From: Catajapyx aquilonaris
Lineage: Eukaryota
Length of the DNA stretch: 45,074 bases
NCBI GenBank assembly: GCA_000934665.2
Contig: JYFJ02003221.1
Span: 1-45,074, forward strand
Direction of reading: 5' to 3'
A model generated the notes under the pieces. It worked only from the letters and a program-made list of their open reading frames with translations, had not been told where the DNA came from and ran no database searches. The position numbers and the translations under genes are program-made. Below, one piece after another: positions 22,801 through 35,619 of this stretch. The stretch's first letter is position 1, and each line of letters starts with the position of its first letter.

Positions 22801-23900
22801 GCTACACTTTGAACTGACAAAGGAATGAGTCGAATGACCAAGGGTCGTCCCCTCCGATTTGGCTGAAACTCGCTTGATGGGCAAATAATAATATGTCATA
22901 AACACAGTAGCTAAAATCCTCAAGGGCAATGTTCAGTCATTTCCGAGGTAGGCTATGATCGACAGAAACATCCGAATTTTCGCCGCGCGTATGCATACTA
23001 TACTATAAGAGTATACCAAAATGTTTGTCATGTCTTTTACATAGTTGCTTGGTGTTTAGTTCAAAAATGACAAAAATGTCAGTTATCATGGTTTTCCACC
23101 ACACCCCTCAAATCATTGTTCGCTGACACTGACCCAAAAAAATGTTACCAAAAAGTGCCAAAATAGCACTTTCTTACATTAGAAATTATAATATGTATTT
23201 TTGAGGGCAAGCATCCTCGCGGTTTGGATAAAGATTTTTTGCGATCTTTTCTGTACCTGTTACTAACAAAAGGAAGAGTCTTGACTTTTCACGAGCGCAA
23301 CTATAATATTATTTTGTTTTGTAATCCTATGGTCTTAGTTTCTTGCATAGCCTGCTAGAGCGTGCTAGAGCGTGCTAGAGCATACGAGAATTAATGGCTA
23401 ATGAGTTTGTCAAGTGTATTTTAAATAGGTCCAAGTTAGATCCAAGCAGAATATCAATTTCCTTCCTAATACCTGTACAGTTGAAGAAGCAGTTCAGCCT
23501 TCTTTTTCGCTTTTATTTCTCTCCCAGAGAAGGAAACGGAGAGCGCAAGGGCATTTTATGTCTTTTTGAAGAGGCTCTCTTCCGGTGTTGGCTCTTTGCC
23601 ATCGGTCTTCTCAAGCCCGAGCCCAGTTCAATAACGGTTTTATCAACACGTTGGGCATTCTGCAGATGGCTCTGATAAGATCCTTGTTGATACACGAGAC
23701 AACAAAGCTTATTTTTAGGAAAAAAATCGCCACAACCGGCGTCAAACAAAAATGGCGCCAGCATATTGCCGCATGTGACATTCACTTGCCCACCTGCTTT
23801 TTCTGCTGCTGGTGTTGCTGCTTTACCCTCTAAACTATGCGAATAAGAAGAGACAGGCAATTTCTTTCCTTGCCAAACCTCAGTGTATAGTTCGCCCACC

Positions 23901-24787
23901 CCCAAAAAGTGGAGTGGCAGGGATAATAAACAAAATGTGATAAAAAAACCTCCATTAAGAATATCTGAACTTTAGAATGAATAATTATTATGAATCGTAA
24001 CATTGGAGTTAGGGGGACACCAAAATTGACGTTGATTTCACAGTTAACAACTGAAATAAATATGATTATACATTAGACAGTGAATTTCCGTGGTGTATGG
24101 CAAGAATAATTATTGCTGCTACTACATTTATGTTACTTAGCAGGACATTCATTTTAATAATGAACCTGAGGGGCCACACAAATCTGAAGGGAGCATTAAA
24201 ATTAATTTAAAAAATATACCACGGAATTTAAAAATGTTCATCACGGATTGCAGATATGTCGAATTTTCTGTGCATTTTTGAATGTAGGGATTTTAAAAAC
24301 CATTTCACATTAATATATTGAATTGACATATTTTATCGCATCACATTGGACTGATGTATAAACTGGGTCTAAATAAACTATGACGTCACATTTTTATTTA
24401 TTTATAAATAACTCCTCCAAAGTGTAGCAATTTCAGAAAAAGTCCTCGAGATATAAAAAATTAATTCAGTGGTGAAATTATTTACATTAATTTTAATGCT
24501 GGCCTAGGGTTTGTGTAGCCCGCCCTCATTAAAATTAATGCCCTGCAAAGTAACAGTATAACGTAGTGGCAGCAATTTTTGCCAGACCCCACAGAAATTC
24601 ACTGTCCATGGTTTAATCATATTTATTTCAGTTGTTAACTTACTGTCAAATCGATTTCAACTTTGGTGTCCCCCTAACTCCATTGTTATGCTTCATAATA
24701 ATCTATTCTAAAGCCTAGATAATTTTAACGGTGATTTTTATCACATTTTGTTTATTACCCCACCACTTCATTTTTTGGGCCCCACTG
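23901..24787. mobile_element. Old long-TIR palindromic non-autonomous DNA element
   Basis: Diverged inverted arms of about 300-400 bp (e.g. TGGAGTTAGGGGGACACCAAA / TTTGGTGTCCCCCTAACTCCA); the right end reads CAGTGGGCCC in reverse complement; superfamily not assigned. Confidence 0.7.
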
Positions 24788-25254
24788 TTGGGGCGCGAGA
24801 CGATTTCTGGTGGGGCGTGGAAGTTTTTGAGATTTGAAAATTTTGCATTATAAGTATGAAGACCTGATGTGGCATAATTATGCTAAGTTCTAGAGACCGG
24901 TCAGTTTAAAAAATTATATTCCATTTATATATTTTAAAACGTAGTAGGCCTAATAATGACGATGATTATACATGCTCTCTCCCCCCACTCCCCCCAAAGT
25001 TAGGTGGGTCGCGAAAATTGGTTGATGTAAATAGTGGGTCGCCGTTCAGAAAAGTTTGGGATCCGCTGCTCCAGCCAATCGGAGTAGATCGATATGGTTC
25101 GGAATATCCCCGCTAGGTAAGGCGTCACAAGGGTAGCGAGACTAGCGCCGCCCGTGGCAAACCGCCCTCGGTGGGGGAGCAGAGTTAAGCTTACAGGGGG
25201 AGCTATGCACTGGTATAGGAAGTGTCAGGGGGCTGGATTACCACCTGTCCATGG

Positions 25255-25530
25255 ACAAGAAGAAATGGCTTGCAAAGCAGTATAGGTTAACGATGACGAA
25301 GAGTTGCAATCCAGCGTTCAGGGATAGCAGAAATGGCTGGCGGCAGGCCTCTATGACATATGCATACAAAATTTTGGGGAAGTCCATGAAAAATGACCCA
25401 ATTTGGCTGGAAACTATTTTGAAAAAAAAGTAGATAGTTGTCGATTTCAGATGTGTAAATAAATATTCTGGGGATGATTTTGTGATTTTTCTAATAAAAA
25501 AAGGAACTTACTTTCTGAAAGCGCCTTACT
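25255..25530 (+). pseudogene. mariner transposase C-terminal remnant with 3' TIR
   Basis: KKWLAKQ..NDDEELQSSVQG*QKWLAAGLYDICIQNF..HEK*PNLAGNYFEK matches the mariner C-terminus (F.DDEEL...W.....FYD.GI......KC....GDYVEK); TIR-like ACTTACTTTCTGAAAGCGCC. Confidence 0.75.
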
Positions 25531-26314
25531 TTAGGCCTATAAAATTATTATAGTTTTTTTTATTTTCTGTAACATTATCCTCCATACTCCCGAAAAAGTA
25601 ACAATTTTGTGCCTATTTGAAGTTTTTTCGTGCCTATTTAAGTGCCTATTTTAGGGTTTTTTTCGTGCCTAAAAATCCGGACTCTAAACATAATAATTAT
25701 TATTATCAATATGATGTAAGAGTATGTTTTCTGAGGGTCGAGAAGACATCTCTGTGGTTGCTCCCTTTCAAAAAAGTCCTTATGGCAAAACACGGAGGTC
25801 TATGAACGTGGAATCTTTAACCTTGTGTCTCGGTGGGACCAATGCATCAACAGAAATGATTCATATATGTTTCAAAATAGCCAATGATTGTCCCTTGCCG
25901 TCACCTATAAAACATTTGTTATTGAGATTAAACTTGGCTCGAACAAAATTATTGTGCGTCACTTATCGATTTCCCTTGTATTTTGTTATCTCCTACGCAT
26001 ATTTTGAATTGAACGGATATGAAAATGATTTTTTATTATTGATTTTAAAGTGCCACGTGGGATTTTCCACCAATTCCTTGTCCGCTCCTATTTCCTCGAA
26101 ACTGCTGACGTTACAACTTGGGGCAAGCGCTCTATGGGTGTAAGGATAAACATATTTGCTGTTGTTGGCCATAGGTTGAATGATGGAGACACCTCTTCAT
26201 GCCATGAATTGCAATGAATTTCCCGGAATTTCCTTAATATATTATGGAATTGTAAATGTCCCGCTGTAACTAGAATAGAAGTCAAATGTATGAAATCCTT
26301 TTTTCACTCTAGAT

Positions 26315-26738
26315 CAGTGGTTCCCAACCGGGGGGAGGATTTGAGGGGGGGGGGGGGGCNGGGCGTGAGGCCATGAGAAATAAGTAAAATGTGTAACGTG
26401 CTTGCGCTTGGAGCTGCTGGAAATATGAAGGGGTCGACTTTTCTACTTGCTTTTATCAGATGTGCTTACAGTATAGGAGGATTCCACTGTACTTTGTCAG
26501 TTATTACATTCACATAAACTTGTGTGACCTTGAACCAAAAATTTTTCGCCTGAGGCTGGCTTATTTGCCCTTCTGTCGTTTTCCCTATTCTGATATGTTT
26601 TCATTCCTCTTGTGTAGTTATCAAAATATCGTTCAAGAAACTCTTGCTGAAACTTATTGGGACGGGGGGAGGGGGGGGCGTGAGTGTTTGGTGAAAACGA
26701 AAAGGGGGGCTTCATGACGAAAAGGTTGGGGACCACTG
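26315..26738. mobile_element. hAT Charlie-type MITE
   Basis: CAGTGGTTCCCAACC...GGTTGGGGACCACTG with perfect 8-bp TSD CTCTAGAT (26307-26314 / 26739-26746). Confidence 0.9.
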
Positions 26739-29317
26739 CTCTAGATTCTAGATTATCCTGCAGTTGTTGAAATCTGATATTTTTGATAACCCTGAGTAAC
26801 TATTCAAATATTAAAAAATCTCTAACCACTGTAAAACAAATTCAGTGGAACATAGGAAATGCGTAAGTTACTGTATACCAGTAGGCCTAGTTGTCACTGA
26901 TTATCTCCAACAAAGGAAGAGATAATATACCTGCGGGCACTTCACAAAAAAGGTTTCAATTGTATACCTTACTTGCAACGGAAGGGAATTATATTCTCAC
27001 ACCTTCAGGTTTGGTTTATATCATTCTCATTGTTTGATCACTTGTTTGCATTGTGTTAGTCAGACATCGCAGAAATATGCTTTGGGGCTACTGCGATATA
27101 ATGGATAGGTTTTTCTCATGCGTTACACAAAGCCTTCATAACACACGACAAAGAATACAAAAAATATCCAGTTGTGATGCGTAGCGTAATTAATTGTTTC
27201 TAAAAGTGCATTCACACTTTTGAAGAAGTATTTTGACTGAGAGCTTCTATGGGTGTTTGATGTCAAAGAAGTGCCACATATTCTATGTTGTCCGGTGCGA
27301 TTGCGAGAATATGTATAGAACACTTGCACCGTTGGATGGCTTATGATGCAATCAGTAATGAAATTAAAATAATTTTCGTTGAAACTATTTTTATAGAGCT
27401 GAAATTTCTATATTGAAAAACTCCCTCGACCATCAGATTATACCTTTTGAGCACTATAATAAGCGACGACTAGAACTAAATTTCGAGAAAAATGTTACTC
27501 GGTGTTTTCAGTGCATTTTACCATTCTTCAACTGATAAACATGGCGCAAAATGCAGCATTTTGCTAGGTCAAAAGAATTATTATTCGGGAATGAAAGTGT
27601 AGGAGGTAAAAGCGGGTAAAAGCTGGAGATGTGGCTATGAAATACTAGGCATTAACGACGATGATTTGTAGCATGCGATCCGATTTAAGCTCCCCGAGCT
27701 GAGGTAAACTTTTTACAACCAACCAGTCGTATCCAGTCTCCAATACGTTCTGATATCTCCAAATCACCGGCCACAACCAGCGCCTATCCCGGTCCGGCAT
27801 CTTCAATTCCAAATAGGCAATAACTGCCGCTTACTCTGACGTTTACCACGCAATAACTAACACTCGGAATAAAAAAATCCAAAGTGTGGTTTTTTTTGTC
27901 ATCAACGATACCTACAGTAGAAGGCGCAACTGTGATCAGATATTTTGGATTTGGCGATGAAATATGTCTTGCCATTATTGCGTAATATAACATTACGACG
28001 GCTTTTGCTCTGTTGAACTCTGCAGTTATGTCGGTCTAACCTGGATTAACTTATGATGGACATAAAAATGTTTGAAACGTAGGATGGCACCAACGATAGC
28101 CTGCTGTGGTGCTGACGAACTCTAGGTGCTAGCGTGAAAACCATTTTAATGATGTAATTAATATCAATTTAAAATGCAATCAGTGCCACTAATAGAAAGT
28201 AACACATTATATTTGAATCAATGCTGTGATTATAAATTCGCACAAATTACTTACGCCAGTTACACCACGTATTAAATGAAAGAACAATTAGCGTATTTTG
28301 CAAATGAATCGTTAAATTACTCTGTCATCTGCAAATTGAATTATTTAGTTAGCATAATTAACGGGAAGTGAGCCCTACATTCAGTCCCCTTTTGGGGAGA
28401 ACCTGCAGAAAACACTGGCAAAAACTATGAAAATAATAATGGGTAGAAAGTACTCTTGTATTGCATATCTGAACGCCTATTATGATAACAAATGCTGAAA
28501 GACGACGATTCTCAAGTACCAGCAGGTGATCGGAAATCAGATTATTTCTAGAGAGATAATGAGTTGTCATGATACACAAGTTTTGTTAGTTCCGTATTTG
28601 ACATCAGCAGTAGGTTTCCGTTCCTTTGACTAGAGTCACTAGACTGTCAGCGCTCCATACCTTGCAGTTTTCTTTCCGGAAAAGTTGGGGGGAAAGAAGG
28701 GGGTGCTTGCGTGACGAAGGCTCCGGGTTTAGAGTAAAGTGTGCATTTACCTCCAGGGTATTCATTCCTCCATTAGAGTTTCAAGCAGTCTTCTTTTCCC
28801 TTACCATATATGCAGATTTCCAAGTGGGAGATGGGAGAAAGAGTCGAGAAGGGGGGTGGGTGGGTGGGTAGGAGGGAGGGGTGAGGTGGGGAGAGTTTTC
28901 TGAAAATTCTCTTTTATAGGCATGCGTTCTTTTTTTTTCTCTCTTCTCCCTTCTTAACGAATCGCAACGGAAGGCAAGAGATTGAAGTGGCGGCGGTACT
29001 GGTGTTGAATTGGAGATTCCAGCCAACGCGCCACGGCCTCTTTTCTAACTTCCGACTAAAAATCAATTTGGGGAAGGGGAAGTTGTGTATTGCAAACGAA
29101 ACTAATTTTATAGCGGAAAGATCGGCGAATCCGATTACAGCAGACCTGTGCCTTCGGTGATGTGCAGGAAATCCATTATTATTTTAATGTCAATTTTGTG
29201 ACCATGTATAAAGGAACCATCCGGTCTTCTAAGGCCTGATGCTGGCAGAAATGTTTATTTGAATATAAGTAAAATTAGCATATCAGAAAAAATTTGTCGT
29301 ATGCAATGAACAACACA

Positions 29318-30341
29318 TCTACTATCCGTTTATTTAATATAGAGCCCTGTGTTTAACTCTAAATAACTCCCAGGCAAATTATTCTAAAAAATAAAGTAAT
29401 ATATCGTTCAGAAGCTAGTTTAAATCTACGTTACATATATGCGAGTTGTTTTCCTATCGTCAGTCTCTAATTTTTTATCGTAAAAATAAGGTGGAAAAGT
29501 GTCATTTTTTGACTAGTTGCCGAGGTTGCACCGGAAAGTGAATTTTTTATGACACTTTCAGGAGGCAAAAAAAAATCCCCCTGTGAACCCTGGATAGTGC
29601 ACATCTTTTTCTATCTAATGATATATTTGAAACATTGAGATCGCCATTTCTGTAATCATAATTAAGTTAATTGCACACCTCTGTTATCTCGGCCGTTTAT
29701 AATCCGAATTACTTCGCGAATGTATCGACGGCAAGCCAGAAATGTGCGTGATAAGATTGCATTGTGCTCTATTACACTAAAAAATTTTAAAGTATTGTTT
29801 TAGTAGGTTTAATAAAAAAGGACCCAGCCCGCTTTCTGGCGGGAATAGACGGCGATACTTTTAAATACGTTTAAAATTTTTAGTGTAATAGAGTACTGTG
29901 TAATATTATCACGCACATTTCTGGCTTGCCGTCGATACATTCCCGAAGTAATTCGGATTATAAACGGCCGAGATAACAGAGGTGTGCAATTAACTTAATT
30001 ATGATTACAGAAATGGCGATCTCAATGTTTCAAATATATCATTAGATAGAAAAAGATGTGCACTATCCAGGGTTCACAGGGGGATTTTTTTGGCCTCCTG
30101 AAAGTGTCATAAAAAATTCACTTTGCGGTGCAACATCGGCAAGTAGTCAAAAAATGACACTTTTCCGCCTTCTTTTTACGATAAAAAATTATAGACTGAC
30201 GATAGGAAAACAACTCGCATATATGTAACGTAGATTTAAACTAGCTTTTGAAAAATATATTACTTTATTTTTTAGAATAATTTGCCTGGGAGTTATTTAG
30301 AGTCAAACACAGGGCTCTATATTAAATAAACGGATAGTAGA
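29318..30341. mobile_element. About 1-kb near-perfect inverted repeat (young foldback or MITE)
   Basis: Arms of about 470 bp starting TCTACTATCCGTTTATTTAATATAGAGCCC, with only scattered mismatches; spacer of about 80 bp; no clear TSD. Confidence 0.85.
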
Positions 30342-31504
30342 GGATTTTTCTATTTGTAAATTTCATTGACAACTCCTAAATGCTATATACCGCGGACCAT
30401 TTGTTTGATTAATTATTGGTCTAAAGTCTCTACACATTATTTAATAACGGTCGAAGGTGGTGCATAGGGATCATAGGGGGCGGAATGTACTGTACCATTC
30501 TTAATTGGTAAAATATTTGAAACAATTTACATTGCTGGAAAACCCATACTTCAGGAATTTATGAGCAAAGGTCTTTAAGTACTTTGATCCTGTATGGTTT
30601 TGGGCACCTTCTATAGAATAAGGACGACACATCCCGGCAGCTTTATTCCAAGTGCATATCATTTCCACTGGAACTAAACTCGCTTGTTTCCACTAGTCCC
30701 TTTAAACCTGGTGCCCCCGTCTATCTACTAATTAATGGGCACCAGAGGAGGAGTAGAGTGGGCAATAATCTGAATGAGATCTGTGGTATCGGAGCCGGGG
30801 ACTAAGATGTTCAGTATAAAAGCCGGAGTGTCGGAGGAAGGGCCGAGAAAACCACGTGCGACACCTCATTACGCGTTGGCATAATGTCACTGGGGGCACC
30901 CACCCCGTTCTACTCACGACACCCCCTGGCACAGGTGGGAAAGCTTCAACATCTGCCCATAATGATGCCGTTTGAAAGGAGATAAGGGAGTCATTTGGTC
31001 TCCTAAGTTGCCCCTAATGAGCCTAGAAATCATTTTGTAAGGGAGTCCTAATCCCCCAAGCACACTTGGCCTGTGCTACTGGGGTTTCCAAAGATACTGT
31101 CCACTGGATTAATAGTCTGTTGGACTCTGTGGCCCTCCCGTAGCTAAAACCCATAACGATGCACACCACTTCCAAGCAAATCCGTAGCCGACACAGGCTT
31201 TAGACAAGTCATTCATGAGAATGGCAAATTATGCTCTTATTCGTTCATTACTATTCATTGTAGTATTTCATAACAGTTCAATTTTTATATTCGATGGCTC
31301 CTTCTTCCCCACAACCATCACTTAGCTAGGCAATTCCATAAACTATACCGGTATGGGTGGTGACTGAAATGAACATGGTCCGCGTGTTTTCCTTTTATTT
31401 GGGTATTTGGGATACATTTGGGATATTACTGTATTGTATATATATGAGGCATTCCAAGTCAAGCGGGCCACCTTTCCGACAAATCTTTGAGAACCTTGAC
31501 CAAA

Positions 31505-32215
31505 TTTTTTTTATTATTATTTTTATTTATTTTTATTTATTACCTCTTGCTCAGGGCTGTAGCCCTGTTTCGGGGGACACACATTTCCAGTTTCCATATT
31601 ACAAAATTATAAAATTCCTTTTATCCCTATTTCATTCTTAGTTTATTCATTAACTACACTGGCCTTTTGTTCACTTTGTAGTAAAAAAAGAGAAAAAAGA
31701 AGAAAAAAGAAAAGAAAAGAAGAAAAGAGGACAGGAAATTTGAGTATTGGGGAACATCTCATACGAGTTACTTTTACGGGACTACAAAAATTGCTTTAGT
31801 ATGCAGAAAATTTAATTCGTTTGTTAACATTCTGAAAGAACTTAAATAAGGCAAAAATGTGTTTTTTTGTGATGTCATGGTAGAGCAGTTGGTAATGTGA
31901 GGGTGGATATCTGGGAAGAATGTATAGGTGGTTGGTTCTCGGGGTCGAAAAGTATCTGCATTCGTAAATTAAGTGATATGCTGTCAGTGGTTCCTTCATG
32001 TTACACCATTCACAAAAATCTTCATTAAAAGCATAATTGAATCTGCTTTCAAACGTACATACTTTGAGTTGTTTCTTAAATTTGCTATCATTCTTAACTG
32101 TATAATTGGGAGACCACATGTTAAATATTCTTGCCCAAAATTTAATGACATGTACTACTCATCAACTTATGCAGGAAGCCAAATTATTATACCTCTGCGC
32201 TGCGTAGTTGCGTAA
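31505..32215 (-). mobile_element. LINE 3' fragment (ORF2 C-terminal CCHC knuckle, 3' UTR and tail)
   Basis: QEYLTCGLPIIQLRMIANLRNNSK / CEWCNMKEPLTAYHLIYEC (one frameshift between them); tail TCCCCCGAAACAGGGCTACAGCCCTGAGCAAGAGGTAA plus (TAAA)n. Confidence 0.85.
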
Positions 32216-32528
32216 CTACAGGGTGGGCAAGTTGCTATTTTTCACTCATTTTACTCTGTCAGGGCTTTGAATGGAGGCCCGTAACTTCTGAACCTGATTT
32301 GGACAGGTCTGGAAACGCTCTTTACTACTATCACATCAGGAATGTTGAAAAATGAAAATTTCGATTTCAAAATGGCGACCAAATTTTGATTTTGAGTTAG
32401 CTAAAATTTTGATTTTAAGTTCGCTCAAATTTGGACATTTTTGATATTTTAAAAATGTCTCTTAAAATGAAGCTTGAACCACTCCGCCTCCCCTCGGAAA
32501 TATCAGTAGGATCTACTGATATTTCCGA

Positions 32529-32858
32529 GGGGAGGCGGAGTGGTGCTACGGTAACGTATGCGCCCACGGATGTTAAGGTCCCGAGTTCGATCCCAGCCCC
32601 GGGACACCCCCTTCATCTCGTGCAGAGTTCAGGGTCACCTCTGGCTTCGTCTCGGGTGGTATTTCCACAGACTAAACCACCCGGGGGAGTTCACTAAAAA
32701 TGGCCACAGCGTCAGATGCACTTCACCTTGCACATCCCCTCCTGTCATCCTGCCCGTGGGCCCGGGCTTTAATTAAACAGGCACCATGTACTGAACGACT
32801 CAAAATACAATAAAGGTCCATGCGATATATCCCGGAAGGGGTGAAAGCATTACCCACA

Positions 32859-32924
<66 letters not shown>
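32529..32924 (+). mobile_element. tRNA-derived SINE, type A, with (ATT)n tail
   Basis: Close match to 5108-5537; 15-bp TSD TACTGATATTT(C/A)CGA (32514-32528 / 32925-32939). Confidence 0.9.
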
Positions 32925-32927
<3 letters not shown>

Positions 32928-33230
32928 TGATATTTACGAAAACTCTAGAGAACCCTCTTTGATTTTTACCCGCTACAAGCTGCGATAGGACCCCCCCGCC
33001 CGCCCCCTCTCTTATTCCCTTTGCCCGGAAACCCATTAATTGCGCTGGCGTGGATCGTCTCTGCTGCAGCTGGGTCACTGGATCTCACTTTCTTACCTGC
33101 CCAACTGAAGGAAATACGTGTGATAGACACATATAAATATAGACACTGCTCTTCCCTGCTTACTCTACGAGTAGAATTATCAGCAGACACTAACATTGGG
33201 AAATATGACAAGAGTAATATTCGGAGCAAT

Positions 33231-33280
33231 ACAACAACAACAACAACAACAGCAACAACAACAACAACAACAACAACAAC
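33231..33280. repeat. (CAA)n microsatellite
   Basis: Direct reading. Confidence 0.95.
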
Positions 33281-33482
33281 GTGTTACTGAAGGTAATATT
33301 AGCGATGGACTGCTTTAAATGGGTCGTGGAAAACAAAGGTTGTTTCTTCCCCGTCATGAGGCAAGCCGTCAAAAAAAAATGCCAAGATAGTTATGAATCA
33401 AGTTGTGTTTAACAGGACTTCAAGGACACCCCTAAATTCATTCATCTTGATAAAACACATTGTTTATATTCACACGCATGAT

Positions 33483-34091
33483 ACGTTGACATTCCTATCA
33501 GGGTCGGACAATGCTTTTGAAAGAAATGAACTAACGGACCTTCAGCTCCGTGCACTACCCCAGAAGTTCGCAGATCATCAGACTGAACTGAGTATGTTAA
33601 AGTTAGCACATTCTTTCCGGTATGCTTATTACTGCGACCTGCAAGGTCCACCCCCGGCCAGTTACCTAAAGTTATCAACACCGATTAAACTTCAGAGAAT
33701 GATGGCCAATCTCCGCAATGCCTCACCCAAGTTGATAATTGAGGGAAAACAATTGCAATTCACATCAGAGGACATTTGCACGTGGTGCAACGACCTCGTA
33801 CCGTTTACAATGCATCACTTGTTGTTTATTTGCCCGTTTTTCACCTCTTCGAGAAAAAGTTTCCTTTCAAATTTATGTTCTTTTCCTCCGGACAGACAAC
33901 ATTGGATTCTACACGAAACACCGAAAGATCGAATGTATAGTTTATAAATTTTTTTTGCTAATGTGCTTAAGAGGATGGACCTATATATGTGAATAATCTC
34001 TGGCCTTTCTCATATGCAGGCAGAGTTGTCCCCCTATAGGGGCGCTGCCCCATAACGGGGTTACATAAATAAAATAAATAAAATAAATAAA
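33483..34091 (+). mobile_element. 5'-truncated LINE (RTEX-like ORF2 C-terminus) with an open frame to the stop at 33947
   Basis: SYLKLSTPIKLQRMMANLRNASPKLIIEGK...CTWCNDLVPFTMHHLLFIC (C-x2-C-x9-H-x4-C); tail CCCCTATAGGGGCGCTGCCCCATAACGGGGTTA plus (TAAAA)n; perfect 17-bp TSD ATATTCACACGCATGAT (33466-33482 / 34092-34108). Clade assignment is from recall. Confidence 0.88.
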
Positions 34092-34900
34092 ATATTCACA
34101 CGCATGATCTGTCCGAGTCACTGGCTCAAAATTATGAAAAAATTCATTTACATTGATTTTTCCCTTCCTCCACTCAGTTTGATTTTCGCGGACGTAGACC
34201 ATTCTATTTTATTGTCCAGTTCACGCTCCAAGTCGATCAGGTTCGATGTTCTCTTTCGTCGCCGTGGCGCTAGTTTCAGTACTCCTCGTCCGATCGCTTT
34301 GCTCACATCCAATAATCTACTCTTCTTTTCATCGCAGCATGTTAGGCCCATGATTTCTGCCGAAGCTTCCGACCGATCTTCTTCACACTTCACGTCAACC
34401 TTTCCCATCACTGTCAACCATGAAAATCATGGATATAATGGGGGGAAACTGGGAAAAACAGTGGCACAATCTCGCCTCGTCACCTTCACTTTTTAAACTA
34501 ATTGCATCATGTTTCAAAAAATATTTTCTTCGCATATTAAAGATACTAATTTGTACGGACAGTATGCCCATAACTCGTTTCCTATTTATTTCAAACATTT
34601 AAATAGTGTGGCCCAATCTCAACCAAACGAGGTGACGGTGTGAAATTGTGGCACGGAAAAGAGTTTATATCTTCCCTCTCTTAGTATTAATATAAAAATT
34701 ATTTTCACGTATGATCTGAAAGGTGAGATGTGCAGCAATGTTGTATAAAATATTCGTTCCAATATATCAATTACTCTGGTTCGCTTGCAAGGAAAACCTC
34801 CAAAGTGGCACAATCCCCCCCTCCCCCCCGTTTGACGGTAATATTTTCATTCGCCACATTACCGTCAAAACAATCGTATAAAAATAGCAATAGATTTTAA

Positions 34901-35027
34901 CCCTGTAATGCCCCTTGGGTCATATCTGGCACACCATTAAGTGCAATTTGGCACTTACAGGAAATATAAAAATTGCAAAAATTGCACTAAATGGTGTGCC
35001 AGATATGACCCAGTGGGCATTACAGGG
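34901..35027. mobile_element. 127-bp piggyBac-type mini-MITE
   Basis: TTAA|CCCTGTAATGCCC...GGGCATTACAGGG|TTAT; arms of about 50 bp. Confidence 0.75.
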
Positions 35028-35619
35028 TTATTGAAAGCTGCTATTTTGCTTCAAAAAGCAATTTAACTTACCCTAATTCGTAAGATATTGGATAGGGGAA
35101 TTTAGAATTTAAAAACATATTCAGTCATTTCGATTCATCCCGCCCTCCCAGCCTCCCTTGATGTCCCTTTTTCTTTATGCAAAAAACTGGTTAATTAAAC
35201 ATGTGATCATAGATTAATGCATCGTTAAATACAGCTTAATATAGCTTTTTGTAACTGAATGACAAAAAACATTTTAAAGTACGGTATATCACCTCATATA
35301 TCATCATGGAAGATGTACTGTACAGAGCATTCAGGAGATATTCTCCCCTGATCACTTGTTCGCAACTGGTGTAAATCAGATTTAGGGTCCTTGTACTGCC
35401 CCAGCATCTCATACTCGGATCCCAAGCATGGGATTGGAAGCCCTACACGAGAGGGAAAAACTCCTGAAGTTTCGAGCGTTTCTGTATTGTCTGGGAGCGC
35501 CAAGATGTACCTGGGAGTACCAAGTAGTACCAAGGAGTACCAAAGAGTACCAAAGAGTACCACTACAGGTGTACACCGGAGTACCGAAGTGAGTACCCCC
35601 TTGAAAAACAGGGTCATTT

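Noticed and set aside
27123..27345. Possible MULE transposase C-terminal remnant (SHPTV...HHN, minus strand)
   Set aside because: Only a few residues match and no TIR was found.
28660..28790. Possible minus-strand exon ending in AAG|GTATGG
   Set aside because: No recognisable protein similarity and no partner exons; cannot be supported without RNA-seq.
31011..31043. Minimal hammerhead-like CCCCTAATGAGCCTAGAAATC...GTAAGGG
   Set aside because: The core is CTAATGA rather than CTGATGA, and stems II and III do not pair.
30720..31200. LTR-like segment with TATAAAA at about 30815
   Set aside because: No TG...CA boundaries, TSD, PBS or PPT could be identified.
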